Source: Octopus sinensis (lineage: Eukaryota). From it: a DNA stretch of 64,000 nucleotides. Where the stretch lies: NCBI RefSeq assembly GCF_006345805.1, contig NC_043013.1, positions 32,426,001 to 32,490,000 on the forward strand. Reading direction: 5' to 3'. Within the stretch, counting starts at the first letter, position 1, and each line of letters starts with the position of its first letter. Shown here one piece after another: positions 10,962-24,079 of the stretch. The notes under the pieces are model-generated. The model was not told the DNA's origin. It did no database searches and was given only the letters and a program-made list of their open reading frames with translations. The position numbers and the translations under genes are program-made.

Positions 10962-13046
10962 AATAGAGAGAGGAAAAAGACAGAAAAACTGGAAAGATTT
11001 AAGAGAATAAAAAAATCAAATAAATTTGAGAAAAGAAAGAAGAAAAGTGAAGAATTCAATTTTGAATTTACACATTTCTCCGAAGGCTTACTCTGTTATT
11101 ATATTTCGCTATATCTTTGTATCATGCTGGCTACTTATGTTGTTGCCAGCGCGAAGTAATACTTGCCTCTCTCTGCCTGCCGACATTAAAAGACGCTTGG
11201 TGATTGATAACGTTCGTTGTTGATGTTTATATGTGTGTGAGTTTGTGGTGTATCAAACCCTGAAGACGTTTCAAGCCATATCATTCTTTTTTCGGTTTTG
11301 CTTTCTTTATTGCCTTCACCTAATATATCGTTGACTTATTAACGTTACTTCTACTTCATTTGCTAATAACATATTTTTGTCTTTAATTAGCTGCCATTTT
11401 TTCCCCCAACATTTACTGAGCTGTAAATAGACAGAGCGTTGTTTCCGCCTATCGCAAATTTAGAATAATATTTCCTTTTAAAAGTGTGCTACGATATGTT
11501 ACAAAGAGGACTTGCTGAGTTGATATTTACTTGTTGCGTTTTTCTTTTTATTTTTATTTAACCTCATTTTTTTTTTCTTTAATTCCTATTTTCAGTTGTT
11601 TTAGCTATTAGGCTGCGGCTATGCTGGAGTACCACCACCGAGGGTTTTAATTTACGATATGTTACAAAGTCATTATTTCCTATTTAGCAGTGTGGCCTTT
11701 GTCACAAAATTCCTATACTTCTCTCCCTCTCTCTCTCATCCCCATTACACACACACACGCATATAAACACACATACACTCACACTCACACACACATGCAT
11801 ATATTATATTTATAATTAATTGTAGCTACATCTTAGAGTATTTCGTTAAGAGTTTCATTCCTCTACTCTCAGACATTCCTCAGACGGATTCGGATTGGCT
11901 AGTGGCACGTATGTAGCGGTGTACGTAGAGACGTTGACGACGTTAAGATGAAGGCGGCGGAGGTGGAGGCGGCGTTAAGATGAAGGTGACGGAGGTGGAG
12001 GTCCGGAATGCTGCTGTTGTTGTCTGTCCCTGGAACTGGCTGTTTGCTTTGTGGTCAGTGGTCAGACCTTAGAAAGTCTAGAACCAAAGACGCTCGACTC
12101 GATGAATCGCTGTGTTTTATAGCAAATTATAAGCTCAAACAGAGCTTTAGAAAACCTGTGTCACGAGACCTTATCAGAAGGCTGCGATTAGTTGGGTTGC
12201 ACATTGGCGCGTAATAGAGCAAGAGACAAATTATGCCAATACCAACCAGAGTAGTGAAAACAACAGGATCCAAGCGGCCGAAAGTTAGCTGCTATCTGCT
12301 ACGTCCGTATTTATGTTATATATGTCAGAGAGAGAGAGAGAATTTCGCTAAGCGTCCGCTACAACTTTTTTTCCATTGGATTTCATCCACGTAGTATTGA
12401 CTTCTTTTTTTGTGAAACCGCATTATTGGTATGACTTAAATACCAATGATTTCTGCTTTAGTCACAACGCCACGTCGAAGAGTAAATGTGGTTTTTCCTT
12501 GAAATTCTTTCACCTTCTTTCTTTGACTGATGAAATTCGTTTTATTGAATCACAATTTAATTACAAAGAATCAAAGAAACAAGAAAAATAAAAGAGGTGA
12601 TTAAGAAGCTTGAGTGGGCGAGTCTAAAAGAATGGAATTTACTCATGGCTTTCGCATGCCCTCCGCGACGGTGAGATTGGCATGTTTTACATTCAACTTG
12701 AAAGATTGGTGGTCAAAATCTGCAAAAAGAAATGCAGAGGTGGAAGGAGAGTTCTGTAGAGAGACAGAATGGGTGTAGTGGTTAATATGAGACCGAGAGT
12801 AGACAAGAGGAAGCGAAAGGAGTTAGTCCTGTTTGAGCTGAGATGCAAAAACAGGAGATCTTCCTACAGAAAGGAATTGGATGTAAAGTAGATCTTCCTG
12901 CAGAACCAATTTCACAAGTGTATTTGTGCTTGTATATGTACATGTTTATTGTTACGTTTGTCATACGAATCTGCCTTTTCCAATTTCAAATTGTGATTGC
13001 CTGTACTACAGTGTGTATTTTTTTATTTCATTGTTATGGTTTCTTC

Positions 13047-13650
13047 GAAGGCGGCGAGCTGGCAGAATCGTTAGCACGCCGGGCGAAATGCTTAGCGGTA
13101 TTTCGTCAGCCGTTACGTTCTGAAATCAAATTCCGCCGAGGTCGACTTTGCCTTTCATCCTTTCGGGGTCGATAAATTAAGTACCAGTTACGCACTAGGG
13201 GTCGATATAATCGGCTTAATCCGTTTGTCTGTCCTTGTTTGCCCTCTCTGTGTTTAGTCCCTTGTGGGTAGTAAAGAAACAGGTATTTCGTCTGTCTTTA
13301 CGTTCTGAGTTCAAATTCCACCGAGGTCGACTTTGCCTTTCATCCTTTCCGGGTCGATACATTAAATATCAGTTGTGTACTGGGGTCGATCTAATCGACC
13401 CTCCACCACCAAAAAAATTTCGGGCCTTGTGCCTAGAGTAGAAAAGAATCGTTAGCACGCCGGACGAAATGCTTAGCAGTATTTTGTCTGTTGCTACGTT
13501 TTGAGTTCAAATTCCGCCAAGGCCGGCTTCACCTTTCATCCTTTCGGGGTCGATAAATTAAGTACCAGTGATGCACTAGATCGATGTTATCGTCTAGTCC
13601 CCTATTTCCAAACTTCAGGCATTGTGCCTATAGTAGAAAGGATTATTATT
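13047..13650 (+). mobile_element. SINE family A tandem array of three units (tail A, then two with tail B)
   Basis: Same head and body as 873-1105; tail B is GGCCTTGTGCCTA...GAAAGGATTATT. Confidence 0.9.
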
Positions 13651-14338
13651 GTTTCTTTATTATCGTTTTAAATTTATTTTTCTGGGTTCGAGAAGCCTGT
13701 CGGTCTTAGAGAGTTATTAGAACTTGCATCTCCATTCAGATCCTACCCAACCAGCTGTCGTTCCTAGATCCTTCGACACTCATTACCTACATGTATTGTA
13801 CCACAAAGATGATGACGAGCCAAGGGCAAACGTATTTGTAAACATTCTGTACTCTCCATACTGTGTCGTCTGACATATAGCACCAGTCGATTGTCAGGTG
13901 TGTGTTTCACCAGTTTGACATTTTTCCTCCTGAACTCAGATTTTGAAATGAGAAATACTGTCCCGTGAGCTCCGTAATGGAGACTTGTAATGGAGATATC
14001 GGCCAGCATTACCTCTAATTGTTGCCTTGAGAGCATGAGAAAACCTGATGTACTTTTGGCGATACAGAGATAAATGTTCTTGCACCATTGTTGTTTTTGA
14101 ATGAAAATTTCTGGCAGAGACCTAACCACCCTGATGGCATAACTCAGCTATGCAAACACTTTTTCAGTTAAGCAGCTTATGTCTAGCGTTTGTATGTTAT
14201 TGGCGAAGATAGAAAAAGTAAAAATGATGTTCGCATTAATTTCATTCGGCTTAACACATTTATTCCTTTCATTATTTGTCAAAAACGGGTGTGCATGTAT
14301 AGGTGTGTGTGTGCACGCGTGTATGTTTGTGTGTATGC

Positions 14339-14390
<52 letters not shown>

Positions 14391-14849
14391 TGGTCGTTTG
14401 TGTCCGTTATTGTTGTTGTTGACCGTATCCTTGGAATTGTTCGAATTAATATTAATAGCATCTGTCAAAAAAACCATGAGATTTGTTTCGCATTGAATGC
14501 ACACGATGTGGGGAATAATTAAACTTCTTGTCTTTTTCTGTGATGTTGCGTTGAGTTTCCCTTTTTTGCGGTCGTTGCCTTTTGGTGGCGGGAAGCTTTT
14601 TTAGTAAAATGTAATAAAAATCACATTATGTTAAAAAAATGTTGAAAATTGACAGGCCTTATGTCTTCCTCGATATAAGGAGACGTCTAAAGTGTTCCGA
14701 AAGGATTCTAAAGTTCATCTGAAAATAGTTATTCTCCAAAAAAATTGTTTTTGTTTCTTTTCTTCAATTACACTTGGTGAAAATTCCAAATCCAAAGAGT
14801 GAGTAAAAACAAATCCGAACCAGGAACGACAACAAAAAAAAAACAACAA

Positions 14850-15630
14850 CAATTCTTTCTACTTTAGGCACAGGACCTCTAGTTATTTACAGGGTAAGGG
14901 ACTAGTCGATTACACCGTCCCTAGTATTTGACGAGTACTTTATTTTATCGGCCCCGGAAGGATGAGAAGCAAAGTTGACCTCGGCAAGGTTTAAGATTAC
15001 CACGTAAAGAGCCTGAAGAAAACTACTAAACATTTAGTCCGACTTGCTAACGATTCTGCCATCTCGCCGCCTTCAATAATAATAATCCTTTCTACTATAG
15101 ACACAAGGCCTGAAATTTATGGGGAGGGGACTAGTCGATTACATCGACCCCAGAGTTTAAAGGATGATAGGCAAAGTCGACATCAGCGGATGTGAACTCA
15201 GAACGTACCAGCAGACGAAATACCTATTTCTTTACTACCCACAAGGGGCTAAACACAGAAGGGAAGAACAAGGACAGACAAACGGATTAAGTCGATTAGA
15301 TCGACCCCAGTGCGTAACTAGTACTTATTTAATCGACCCCGAAAGGATGAAGGGCAAAGTCGACCTCGACGAAATTTGAACTCAACACGTTGCGGCAGAC
15401 GAAATACCTGTTTCTTTATTACCCACAAGGGGCTAAACACATAGAGGGGACAAACAAGGACAGACAAACGGATTAAGTCGATTACATCGAGCCCAGTGCG
15501 TAACTGGTACTTAATTTATCGACCTCGAAAGGATTAAAGGCAAAGTCGACCTCGCCGGAATTTGAACTCAGAACGTAGCGGCAGACGAAATACCGCTAAG
15601 CATTTCGCCCGGCGTGCTAGCCAGGTCACC
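14850..15630 (-). mobile_element. SINE family A cluster of four units (tails A and B)
   Basis: Reverse-complement matches to body (GGATGAAAGGCAAAGTCGACCTCG) and both tails. Confidence 0.88.
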
Positions 15631-15654
15631 GCCATCTGCGCAACTCAACACTTT

Positions 15655-16140
15655 GTTAAATGCCAAGTAACACCAGAGTGATTGACATTGGGTAGGACAG
15701 TGCTGTGCCTGAAAAACGTCGAAAAAGGCAATACGGTAAACAATTACAGGCCGATATCCTGTTTGCCACTCATGTGGTAATTATTGACTAGAATACTCAA
15801 TGTACGAACATCTGATAAAAACTGGAGTCCTGCCACATGAGCAGAAGGGTTGCAAGCGTAAGTGCAGAGGTACCAAGGATTAACTCCTGATAGACAAAAC
15901 TGTACTTAGAGACTGCAAGAGGAGGAAAAGTAACTTAGCCATGTCATGGATCGACTATCGTAAGACGTACGATATGATCCCACACTCTTAAATAATGGAA
16001 TGTATGAACCTATTTGGTATTGCATCGAATGTTCAGCGATTGCTTGGAAAAAGTATGGTGAATTGGAGGACGGAACTGACAGCATACGGAAGAAGTTTAG
16101 CGACAGTAGAAATCAGGAGGGGCATCTTCCAAGGGGACTG
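15655..16140 (+). mobile_element. R4/Dong-clade reverse transcriptase fragment with stops and frameshifts
   Basis: GRTVLCLK...[12 protein letters not shown]...EQKGCKRKCRGTKD*LLIDK...WIDYRKTYDMIPHS*...RRGIFQGD. Confidence 0.85.
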
Positions 16141-16244
16141 AATAATTTTTATTATTTCCACTAGAATCCGTTCCTAATTACAAATCGTGTTGCTAAAAGT
16201 ACGTGTAGACTGAGCAAATTTGTAGATATCTTCTTTTTTCTTCT

Positions 16245-16545
16245 TTTACTTGTTTCAGTCATTTGACTGCGGTCTTGCTGGAGCACCGCCTTTTGTCGCA
16301 TAAACACACCAACATCGGTTGTGAAACGACGGTAGGGGAACAAACACAGACACACAAACATATATATATATATATGAATACGACGGGCTTCTTTCAATTT
16401 CCGACTACCAAATCTTCTCACAAGGCTATGGTCGACCCAAGAATATAGTAGAAGACACTTGCCCAAGATGCCACGCAGTGGGACTAAACCCACAACCATG
16501 TGGTTGGGAAGCAAGACTCTTACCACACAACCACTCCTTCGCATA
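16245..16545 (-). mobile_element. SINE family B (tRNA head, CORE-like body), internally deleted
   Basis: Reverse complement of ...GGTTCAGTCCCACTGCGTGGCACCTTGGGCAAGTGTCTTC... and tail GGTGCTCCAGCATGGCCGCAGTC. Confidence 0.88.
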
Positions 16546-16967
16546 TATATATATATAAGTGAGGCAATAACATTTAAAAATATCTATAATAATAAGTTGT
16601 AGAAGATCTGATAGAAATAAATGCACAAAAGTGTTCGGGTACGCATGTACACACGTATGCATGAGTGAATAACTATGGGCTGTTATAAATAAAAGCCAAA
16701 AAACTCTAACACAAGTTTTTGGAGGCTTTTTGCGGGGATCTAAAGGATGGTTCCACGGCTCCAGCCAACTTCCAATTCTTGTACTGAAACGTGACACATC
16801 TAAAAATTGTCTGTAAGTACTTTGGAAATTTTTGCCTTCAAAATATTCATGGAGTCGTGAAAGGTTCTACGTAGAGTGTCGCTCTGATCTTGTTCGCAGT
16901 CTGTTACTGTCTCTGGGGGTGCTATTTTGCATTCTTTCTGGTTGGATGTGATTTGTTATTGAGAGAT

Positions 16968-17345
16968 ATTGGCGCAGGCGTGGTTGTGTGGTAATCAGTT
17001 TGTTTCCCAATCAAATGGTTCCGGGTTCAGTCCGACCGCGTAACACCTTCGGCACGTGTCTTCCGCTATAGCCACGGGCCAACCAATACCTTGTAAGTGG
17101 ATTTGGTAGATGGAAGCTGAAAGAAGGCTATCTTGTGTGTGTGTGTTTGTCACCCACCACTACCACTTTACAACCAGTGTTGGTGTGTTTGCGTCCCCGT
17201 AACTTAACGGTTGGGCAAAAGAAACCGATAGAACAAATACCAGGCTTTAAAAAAAATAGATACTGAGGTTGATTCAGTCGATTATAAATACTTCAAGGTA
17301 GTGCTCCAGTATGGTCGCAATCTAATGACTGAAACAAGTAAAAGA
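16968..17345 (+). mobile_element. SINE family B (CORE-like), diverged
   Basis: Head GGCGCAGGCGTGGTTGTGTGGTAA, internal (TG)n, tail GTGCTCCAGTATGGTCGCAATC. Confidence 0.85.
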
Positions 17346-19311
17346 TCGCCAACAGTAATCCTTAGAACTATGTAAACAACTATTAGTGAAACGCGTAGTT
17401 GTTAAGGACTAAGATAAACTTACAAAATTGTAATCATGGCAGGGATTATTATAATTCCTTCGCGCGTTTAAACCGGGCATTTCAGACAGTTGCTATAAAG
17501 AGCACAGCTGTAGTATTAAGGTAATATATGATGCATACTGTAACAAATGAATAACGACTTAAACATTACGAAGAAAGGTAAATAGCAACCAACTTAATCC
17601 TCTCTTTAAGAAATGGCATTTTCTTCCAGTATGTCTATAGCTATTGCTTTAGTGATATTTTCTCTGATACTTTAAGCTAATTTGCTGCATTAAACTAACT
17701 ACAGCAACGACTGTTCTGGGCAGCATGTAAATCATTTCGTATATATAAATAACCTAGAATTGCATACGAGAGGTGACAGGTAACAAGAAAAACCTACTAC
17801 AACAAATAGTTTATGTTTTCAACAAAGCCATACAAGCTGAATATGCGATTTGATAAACGTGCTAAAACCAGTCAATTGAGATGTTATTTAATCAATAGTA
17901 AGACGGGCTTAAGACAAAGAAAAGAAAGAGATAAAATCTAATATACACATTAAGAACTTAGAGAAGAATATTTATTTCATTTTACCAAGTACAGAGTCCC
18001 AGTATTGTTTTTTTGGGGGTTATTTAAGGTGTAATAATCAATACCTGACCATCAAAGTCTGTTAAAGCTTGGGGGTTACTTGATCTTATACTTAGTCACC
18101 GCTATTGTTTTTCCATTTCGTACACACTGAGGATCGCAGATATCATCTCGATAACTGAATGAAACTATGGTGCGAACCTAATGGCTTTATTGACTGTGTG
18201 CGTGTGTATGTGTGTGTATTTGTGTGTGTGTGTGTATGTATGCTTGTGTGTGTGAATATGTTTGTGTACGGGTGTATGTGTAGCTGTGCATGCTTTTGTG
18301 AGTACAAAACACATTTACATATATACATAACTTTATATGTATGTAGGTATGTGTCTTGTATCGTTTTTGTTTTTGTTTGCATAGCAACATGAGATGTATG
18401 TTGGTTTTATATTTTGCTGTAACGTGAATTTAATAAATTGCTTGAATTCTTTCGTGTACATATTGCATATAACCACAGGAGCAACAGCTATCTCAAGGAA
18501 CAGTGTACCCGAATAAATCAAGAATGTTATATCGCTAAAATGACTCTTTTTCTGGATGCGATCGAGATGCTTATGTGCGCAGCAGCAGTAGCAGCAGTAG
18601 CAGCAGCAGCAGCAGCAACGTCCTTAACGAGAGGGCAATTGTCGTCCGAGAGCCTCACTTGAGCTTTATGCAGTACCAATAACTGTTATAGGTTAGTGTA
18701 TCTTCTGGTTCCGTGTACCACCTATGAAGACGGTATAGGAATGTGAAATTCAATGAAGGAATTTTGAATTTGGTAAAGGTGTTATTTTCATTAATATTTG
18801 CATTGCAGGCTCTTTTTTCTTTAATTTAACTAATGTTATTGATGTCGAGTGATGTGGCGTAAGGCTTAACTTTGGATGAGTAAAGTTTTTTAGAACTTGA
18901 TTTTCCTATCCTCATTGTAATTATCATTATTGTTGATGCAGTTGATATTGTTTTTAATGATTTGGACCGAAGAAAGGACTGTGTCCATCCAAGACCAGCG
19001 AGGCTGACATTCTTGAAATTTTGCAATTTTAGCTAAAAAGATGATTAAAGAGGGAATTCCGAAGGAGAGGTCGTTGATTAAAGATTGGGTTGGTTTGTTA
19101 TAACGGAGGCTGGGATGATAGACATAGTAGCTGTTCAGGAGAGGAACGGATACAAATGACTCGGATGGTTCAGTGTAGAATTGGAACGAGACCAACTATT
19201 TTTGACGTGCAGAGACCAATAAGGTAATTGTCGAAAAAAAATTGAGAGGTTGGAGTGCGATGGTAAGTGATTCCAAGCTAATGACTGTTAAGAATATCTA
19301 TATGTACATGT

Positions 19312-19515
19312 TTCTTTACTACCCACAAGAGGCTAAACGCTGAAGGGATAAACAAGGACAGACAAACGGATTAAGTCGATTATATCGACCCCAGTGCGTA
19401 ACTGGTACTTATTTAATCGACCCCGAAAGGATGAAAGGTAAAGTCGACCTTGGCGGAACTTGAACTGAGAACGTAGCGGCAGACGAAATACCGCTCAGCA
19501 TTTCACCCGCCTTCA
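19312..19515 (-). mobile_element. SINE family A, tail A
   Basis: Reverse-complement match to the family A body and tail. Confidence 0.88.
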
Positions 19516-19657
19516 ATATATATATGTACAGCCACAACAACATCCCAGACCTTGTGCAAGTAGGGTTCTGTTATAGCCATTTTAATCAGTGAGTCGATTG
19601 ATAGCTTTTACTCTCGATGTATGGCAGGGGATTGGTGGAGTCGGTAATTCATTTGAC

Positions 19658-19974
19658 CAGGGATTCTCAACCATTTTTTATCTATAGACCCCTTTGACTG
19701 CTATTTTATTCTGGTGAACCCCCAATAGCCATTTGATGTTTAAAAAATAGTTTTGTTTTTCGCACATAAACTGGGGTAGGTTGAACTATGTAAAATGTTA
19801 GAGAAAGAAACCCAGCTGTTTCATGCAATGCATACCAATACATCTAAAGCAAAATTTTTTCAGGGACCCTTAAAATACTACTGTGGATCCCCAATATAGA
19901 ATTATGTTGTGTGGACCCTAAAATTCTTATATGGAGCCTCAAGGGGCCGTATGAACTCCACTTGAGAACCACTT
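19658..19974. mobile_element. hAT-type MITE with 8-bp target site duplication
   Basis: Imperfect TIRs CAGGGATTCTCAA / TTGAGAACCACTT; CATTTGAC duplicated at 19650-19657 and 19975-19982. Confidence 0.85.
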
Positions 19975-21772
19975 CATTTGACAATATACCTTGTTATGTT
20001 TAATTACAGTATTTTTACATTCTGAGTTCGAATTCTCAAGAGACCGATTTTGCTTTTAACCCTTTCTGAGTCTATAAAATTAGTACGAATTGAGAAACTG
20101 AGATTGATTATAATGTGCGTTACCTGCATGTGATGGCTTGGCCTGGCCTGGCCTGGTTTTCAATAATGCTGAATGAGTAACACATGGAAACCTCTGAGGT
20201 ATCATATCCGAAGGGATGCGCAACATAACCGTTGATAGGTTTTTTTCTTGTCCAAAAACAAAAACAAATCTTGCAATATTTTTTGTTGTTTGTTAAAGAG
20301 AAAAAAGTAAAACTAAATTTAACTGCCATTAAAGGAAGGACATGAAGGGTAATTGAGAGAGTTATTATCATGCATGTCAGGTCAGGTCTGGTAAGGAAGG
20401 CAACAGGCCGTTGTAGCGCGTCGCTGAATCCGTCATTTGTCGCTATTTGGTCGGGTCGTCCCGGGCAACCCTCCGATCAGTGTCCCAGTAAGTCTTGCAT
20501 CTCCGCGAAAGCCTTCACCTGCCATGACCATGAAGTATGTGGCTGGTCAACACGAGCCGTCACCCCAGCAGGATCGTCAGAGAAGAGAACACGATACGCA
20601 GTGTATACGGCGATTGCTCTGCCGATACCTGTGACACAACAAAATCCAAAATTTCATTCTTCAATGACGCAACAGTGTTACTGAAAATAAATTATTCTAC
20701 GTTCGCCTGCACCATTGGGAAATGCATTAATACCTCAAAATGTCGGAGGTATGAAATGTTCAAGCCAACATTTCATTTGCAGAAACAACAATAGAATTGA
20801 ACTTTTTTTTTTGTATTTTTAGTTTGTCTTTTGTTTCCACGATATTTTAGATTTATGCTGTCTGTGTTGAGAATTTATTTATTTATTATGACTACTACTA
20901 CTACTTCGTCTTCTAAATTTGGTTTTAAATATTCTTGTCAGCTCTGCTTTGATTTTATTTTCTTATTTCAGTACTGGTATTTCATTTTAAATGATTCTCC
21001 GAAGAAATTTGGCACTGGAAATTAAAACTAAAATTAAAACTTTGTGTCTAGTGAAAGTTATATATGCTTTATAACTGAGAATTAAAAGTACATCTAAATC
21101 TTATATAAAGAATTACTGCTATTATAAGAAAAACACATTAAGTATGATGCATGACGTGGGAAGACAATTCCATTGCTAGCAATTTGAAAGTAAGAAAAGA
21201 AATAAAAATATATGAATAAACAGTAATGAGTGAAACCATAAATAAAATGTTTATATAAAATAAATAAAAAAAAATGAATTGCCTTAGTGAAAAATCAAAA
21301 CAATTTAAAATTAAATAGTCCAAAAAACATTCTTGAGAAATGGAAAAATTCGCAAGATTTATTGTTTACGATATCAACAAGTAATTTATAACAGCTTTGC
21401 CTATCATGTTACTCAATTTAAATTTGGTTTAATATCAAATCAAATGTATATACTTTTAATCACTGTGTAATTCTTCCTGAAGGAAAAATTCTAATCTTTT
21501 CATTTCCTTGGATTTTCTACTTGTTTTTCCGTCTTCTATTATTTCTTCTTCTTTCTCCCCCCTCCCCCCACACCACCCGCCGTCTTCTACTATTCATTTT
21601 CTTTGTCTTTTTCTTTGGCAAACATGATATAAAATTAATTTAGTGGACTACGAAGTAGTCAGCATAAAAGCAAAAGAGATAAATGTATTGATGAAATGGA
21701 TATGTGACCTGTTTTCCATCACTGGTTGCAGAGATTTTTTCTGTTTCTTTTTTTTTTTTTTTTTCGTATATA

Positions 21773-22064
21773 CACCTTCTCCTCGACTTACGACCATCCG
21801 CTCTTACGACCACAAAAAAAAATAAGGTATGAAAAATAAATAAATCTATTTTCAAACGTTGGGCAGCTGCGCATACGATAACTATGGCAGCATCTGGCAA
21901 CACAGGCCTCCCCCAGACCCAGGCATATATTGCCTGCCATTTTCTCTTACTCAGTCGATTTCAAGCGTCAGCTGCGTTTGAATAATATAAATCCGACATA
22001 CGACCAGATCGACTTATGACCAGTCAGTTGAACGGGAACTCGGTCGTAAGTCGAGGAGAAGGTG
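21773..22064. mobile_element. Tc1/mariner-pogo-type MITE
   Basis: Perfect 23-bp TIRs CACCTTCTCCTCGACTTACGACC / GGTCGTAAGTCGAGGAGAAGGTG, TA on both sides. Confidence 0.9.
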
Positions 22065-22504
22065 TATTTGATCAGACGTTAACTAGCCCTAGAAGAACAG
22101 ATCAATAGCAAGTAGTTAGTCGGTCGAACGACCCTACTCGACCCCACTGCCTGATCCACAGATCTAGCGTTCAAGGTATACTCAGCTTCTCTGTTTGAGG
22201 ACCTCACTGAGCGTTTCTACATTTCTACAGCAGTAGTTTGTGCAATGGGCTGAAGTTTTCTTTTCTCTTGTTTCGTTGTGTTACTACTTTGCTCTTACTT
22301 GTTTCAGTCATTTGACTGTGGCCATGCCGAACCGCAAAGCTACGGGGACGTAAACGCACCAGCATCGGTAAACACACTAGCATTGTAGAAAATGAAGGAG
22401 AATATATTTTAGATTAAAAAGGAACTTTGTTTATCGTAATTTTGAAAAATAAAAGATATATATTGGGATGACCCAATATATATATATATATACACACTTT
22501 TAGT

Positions 22505-22870
22505 CTTATACTTGTTTCGGTCATTTGACTGTGGCCATGCTGGAGCACCGCCTTTTGTCGAGCAAATCGACCCCAGGACTTATTCGTTGTAAACCTAGTA
22601 CTTATTCTATCGGTCTCTTTTACCGAACCGCCAAGTTACGGGGACGTAAACACACCAACGTTGGTTGTCAAGCGATGTTGGGGGGACAAACACAAACACA
22701 CAAACATATACACACATACATATATATACATATATACGACGGCCTTCTTTCAGTTTCCGTCTACCAAATCCACTCACAAGGCTTTGGTCTGCCCGAGGCT
22801 ATAGTAGAAGACACTTGCCCAAGGTGGCACGCAGTGGAACTGAACCCGGAACCATATGGTTGATAAGCAA
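22505..22870 (-). mobile_element. SINE family B (CORE-like)
   Basis: Near full-length reverse-complement copy. Confidence 0.9.
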
Positions 22871-23011
22871 GCTTGATGGTAGTTGATTTTTGTTTAACCC
22901 CCGGTCAACATTAATCAGAAAAACCGATGATTAAAGGCATCCTAACCTTGACCATGATTTCTTTAACCATACTACATTATCCAATGTACTCCTGTTGATT
23001 TTCTGAAGATT

Positions 23012-23405
23012 TAAGGCGGCGAGCTGGCAGAATCGTTAGCACGCCGGGCAAAATGGTTAGTGGCATTTCGTCCGTCTGCACGCTCTGAGTTCAAATTCTG
23101 TCGAGGTCAACTTTGCTTTTCATCCTTTCGGGGTCGATAAATTAAATACCAATTGCGTACAAGGGTCGATCTAATCAACTAACCCCCTCCCTAAAAATAT
23201 CAAGCCTTGTGCCTAGACTGGAAAAATGTTTAGCGGCATTTCGTCCGCCTGCACGCTCTGAGTTCAAATTCTGCTGAGGTCAACTTTGCCTTTCATCCGT
23301 TCAGGGTCGATAGATTAAGTACTGGCGAAACACTGAGGTCGATTTAATCGACTAGTCCTCTTCCCCCGCCAAATTCCAGGCCTTGTGCCTTTAATAGAAA
23401 GGATT
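23012..23405 (+). mobile_element. SINE family A tandem pair, tail B
   Basis: Head at 23012; second unit restarts inside the head at ~23225. Confidence 0.88.
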
Positions 23406-23567
23406 TTATGAAGATTTGGCTGCTATTGCTAGCAGGTTGCTTAGGCGTTCCCAAAGAGTTTGTCGTTAATGTAGAGTGTTGCTATAGTCTTGTGTGCAGT
23501 CTGTGATGGCTCTCGGTGTGTTATTTTGTATTCTTTGTTGTTGGTTGTGCTTTGTTTAAAGAGAGAT

Positions 23568-23765
23568 ATAGGCGCAGGTGTGACTGTATGGTAAAAAGCT
23601 TGCTTCCCAATCACATGGTTTAGGGTTCAGTCCCATTGCACGGCACCTTGGGTAAGTGTCTTCCACTATAGCCTCAGGTCGATCAAAGCCTTGTGAGAGG
23701 ATTTAGTAGAGGGAAACTGAAAGAAGCTCATCGTATATGTGATGTATGCGTGCGTGCGTGTGCGT

Positions 23766-23797
<32 letters not shown>

Positions 23798-24020
23798 TTC
23801 TTTGTGGCTCGGTTTATCCCTCACCCCCTCGCCTGGCAGCCGATGTTGGTACGTTTACATTCCCGTAACTCAGCGGTTCAGCAAAAGCGACTTATATAAT
23901 AAGTATCAGGCTTTAAATACAAAAAAACTACTGGAGTTGATTCATTCGACTAGAAAATTCTTCAAAGCGGTGCCCCAGCATGGCCGCAGTCTAATGACTA
24001 GAACAAGTAAAAGTAGAAAC
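23568..24020 (+). mobile_element. SINE family B (CORE-like)
   Basis: Head ATAGGCGCAGGTGTGACTGTATGGTAA; tail GGTGCCCCAGCATGGCCGCAGTC. Confidence 0.88.
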
Positions 24021-24079
24021 TGAAAAGGAGACTGGGACCCCGAACATTACTGGTATACCCCCTGGGAGAATTTCTGTTC

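Noticed and set aside
11820-11890. Minus-strand CTGAGGA...GAAA hammerhead-like arrangement
   Set aside because: Stem I cannot be formed and stem II is doubtful.
13047-13650. Regularly repeated units as a CRISPR-like array
   Set aside because: Units are ~170-230-bp SINE copies without unique spacers, in a eukaryotic context with no cas genes.
18826-19195. Two overlapping minus-strand ORFs of 66 and 101 aa
   Set aside because: No recognisable domain or convincing splice sites; length is compatible with chance.
20600-20622. Minus-strand peptide GIGRAIA resembling the short-chain dehydrogenase glycine motif
   Set aside because: The following residues do not fit an SDR fold and the match is only seven residues; kept only as part of an unassigned candidate exon.
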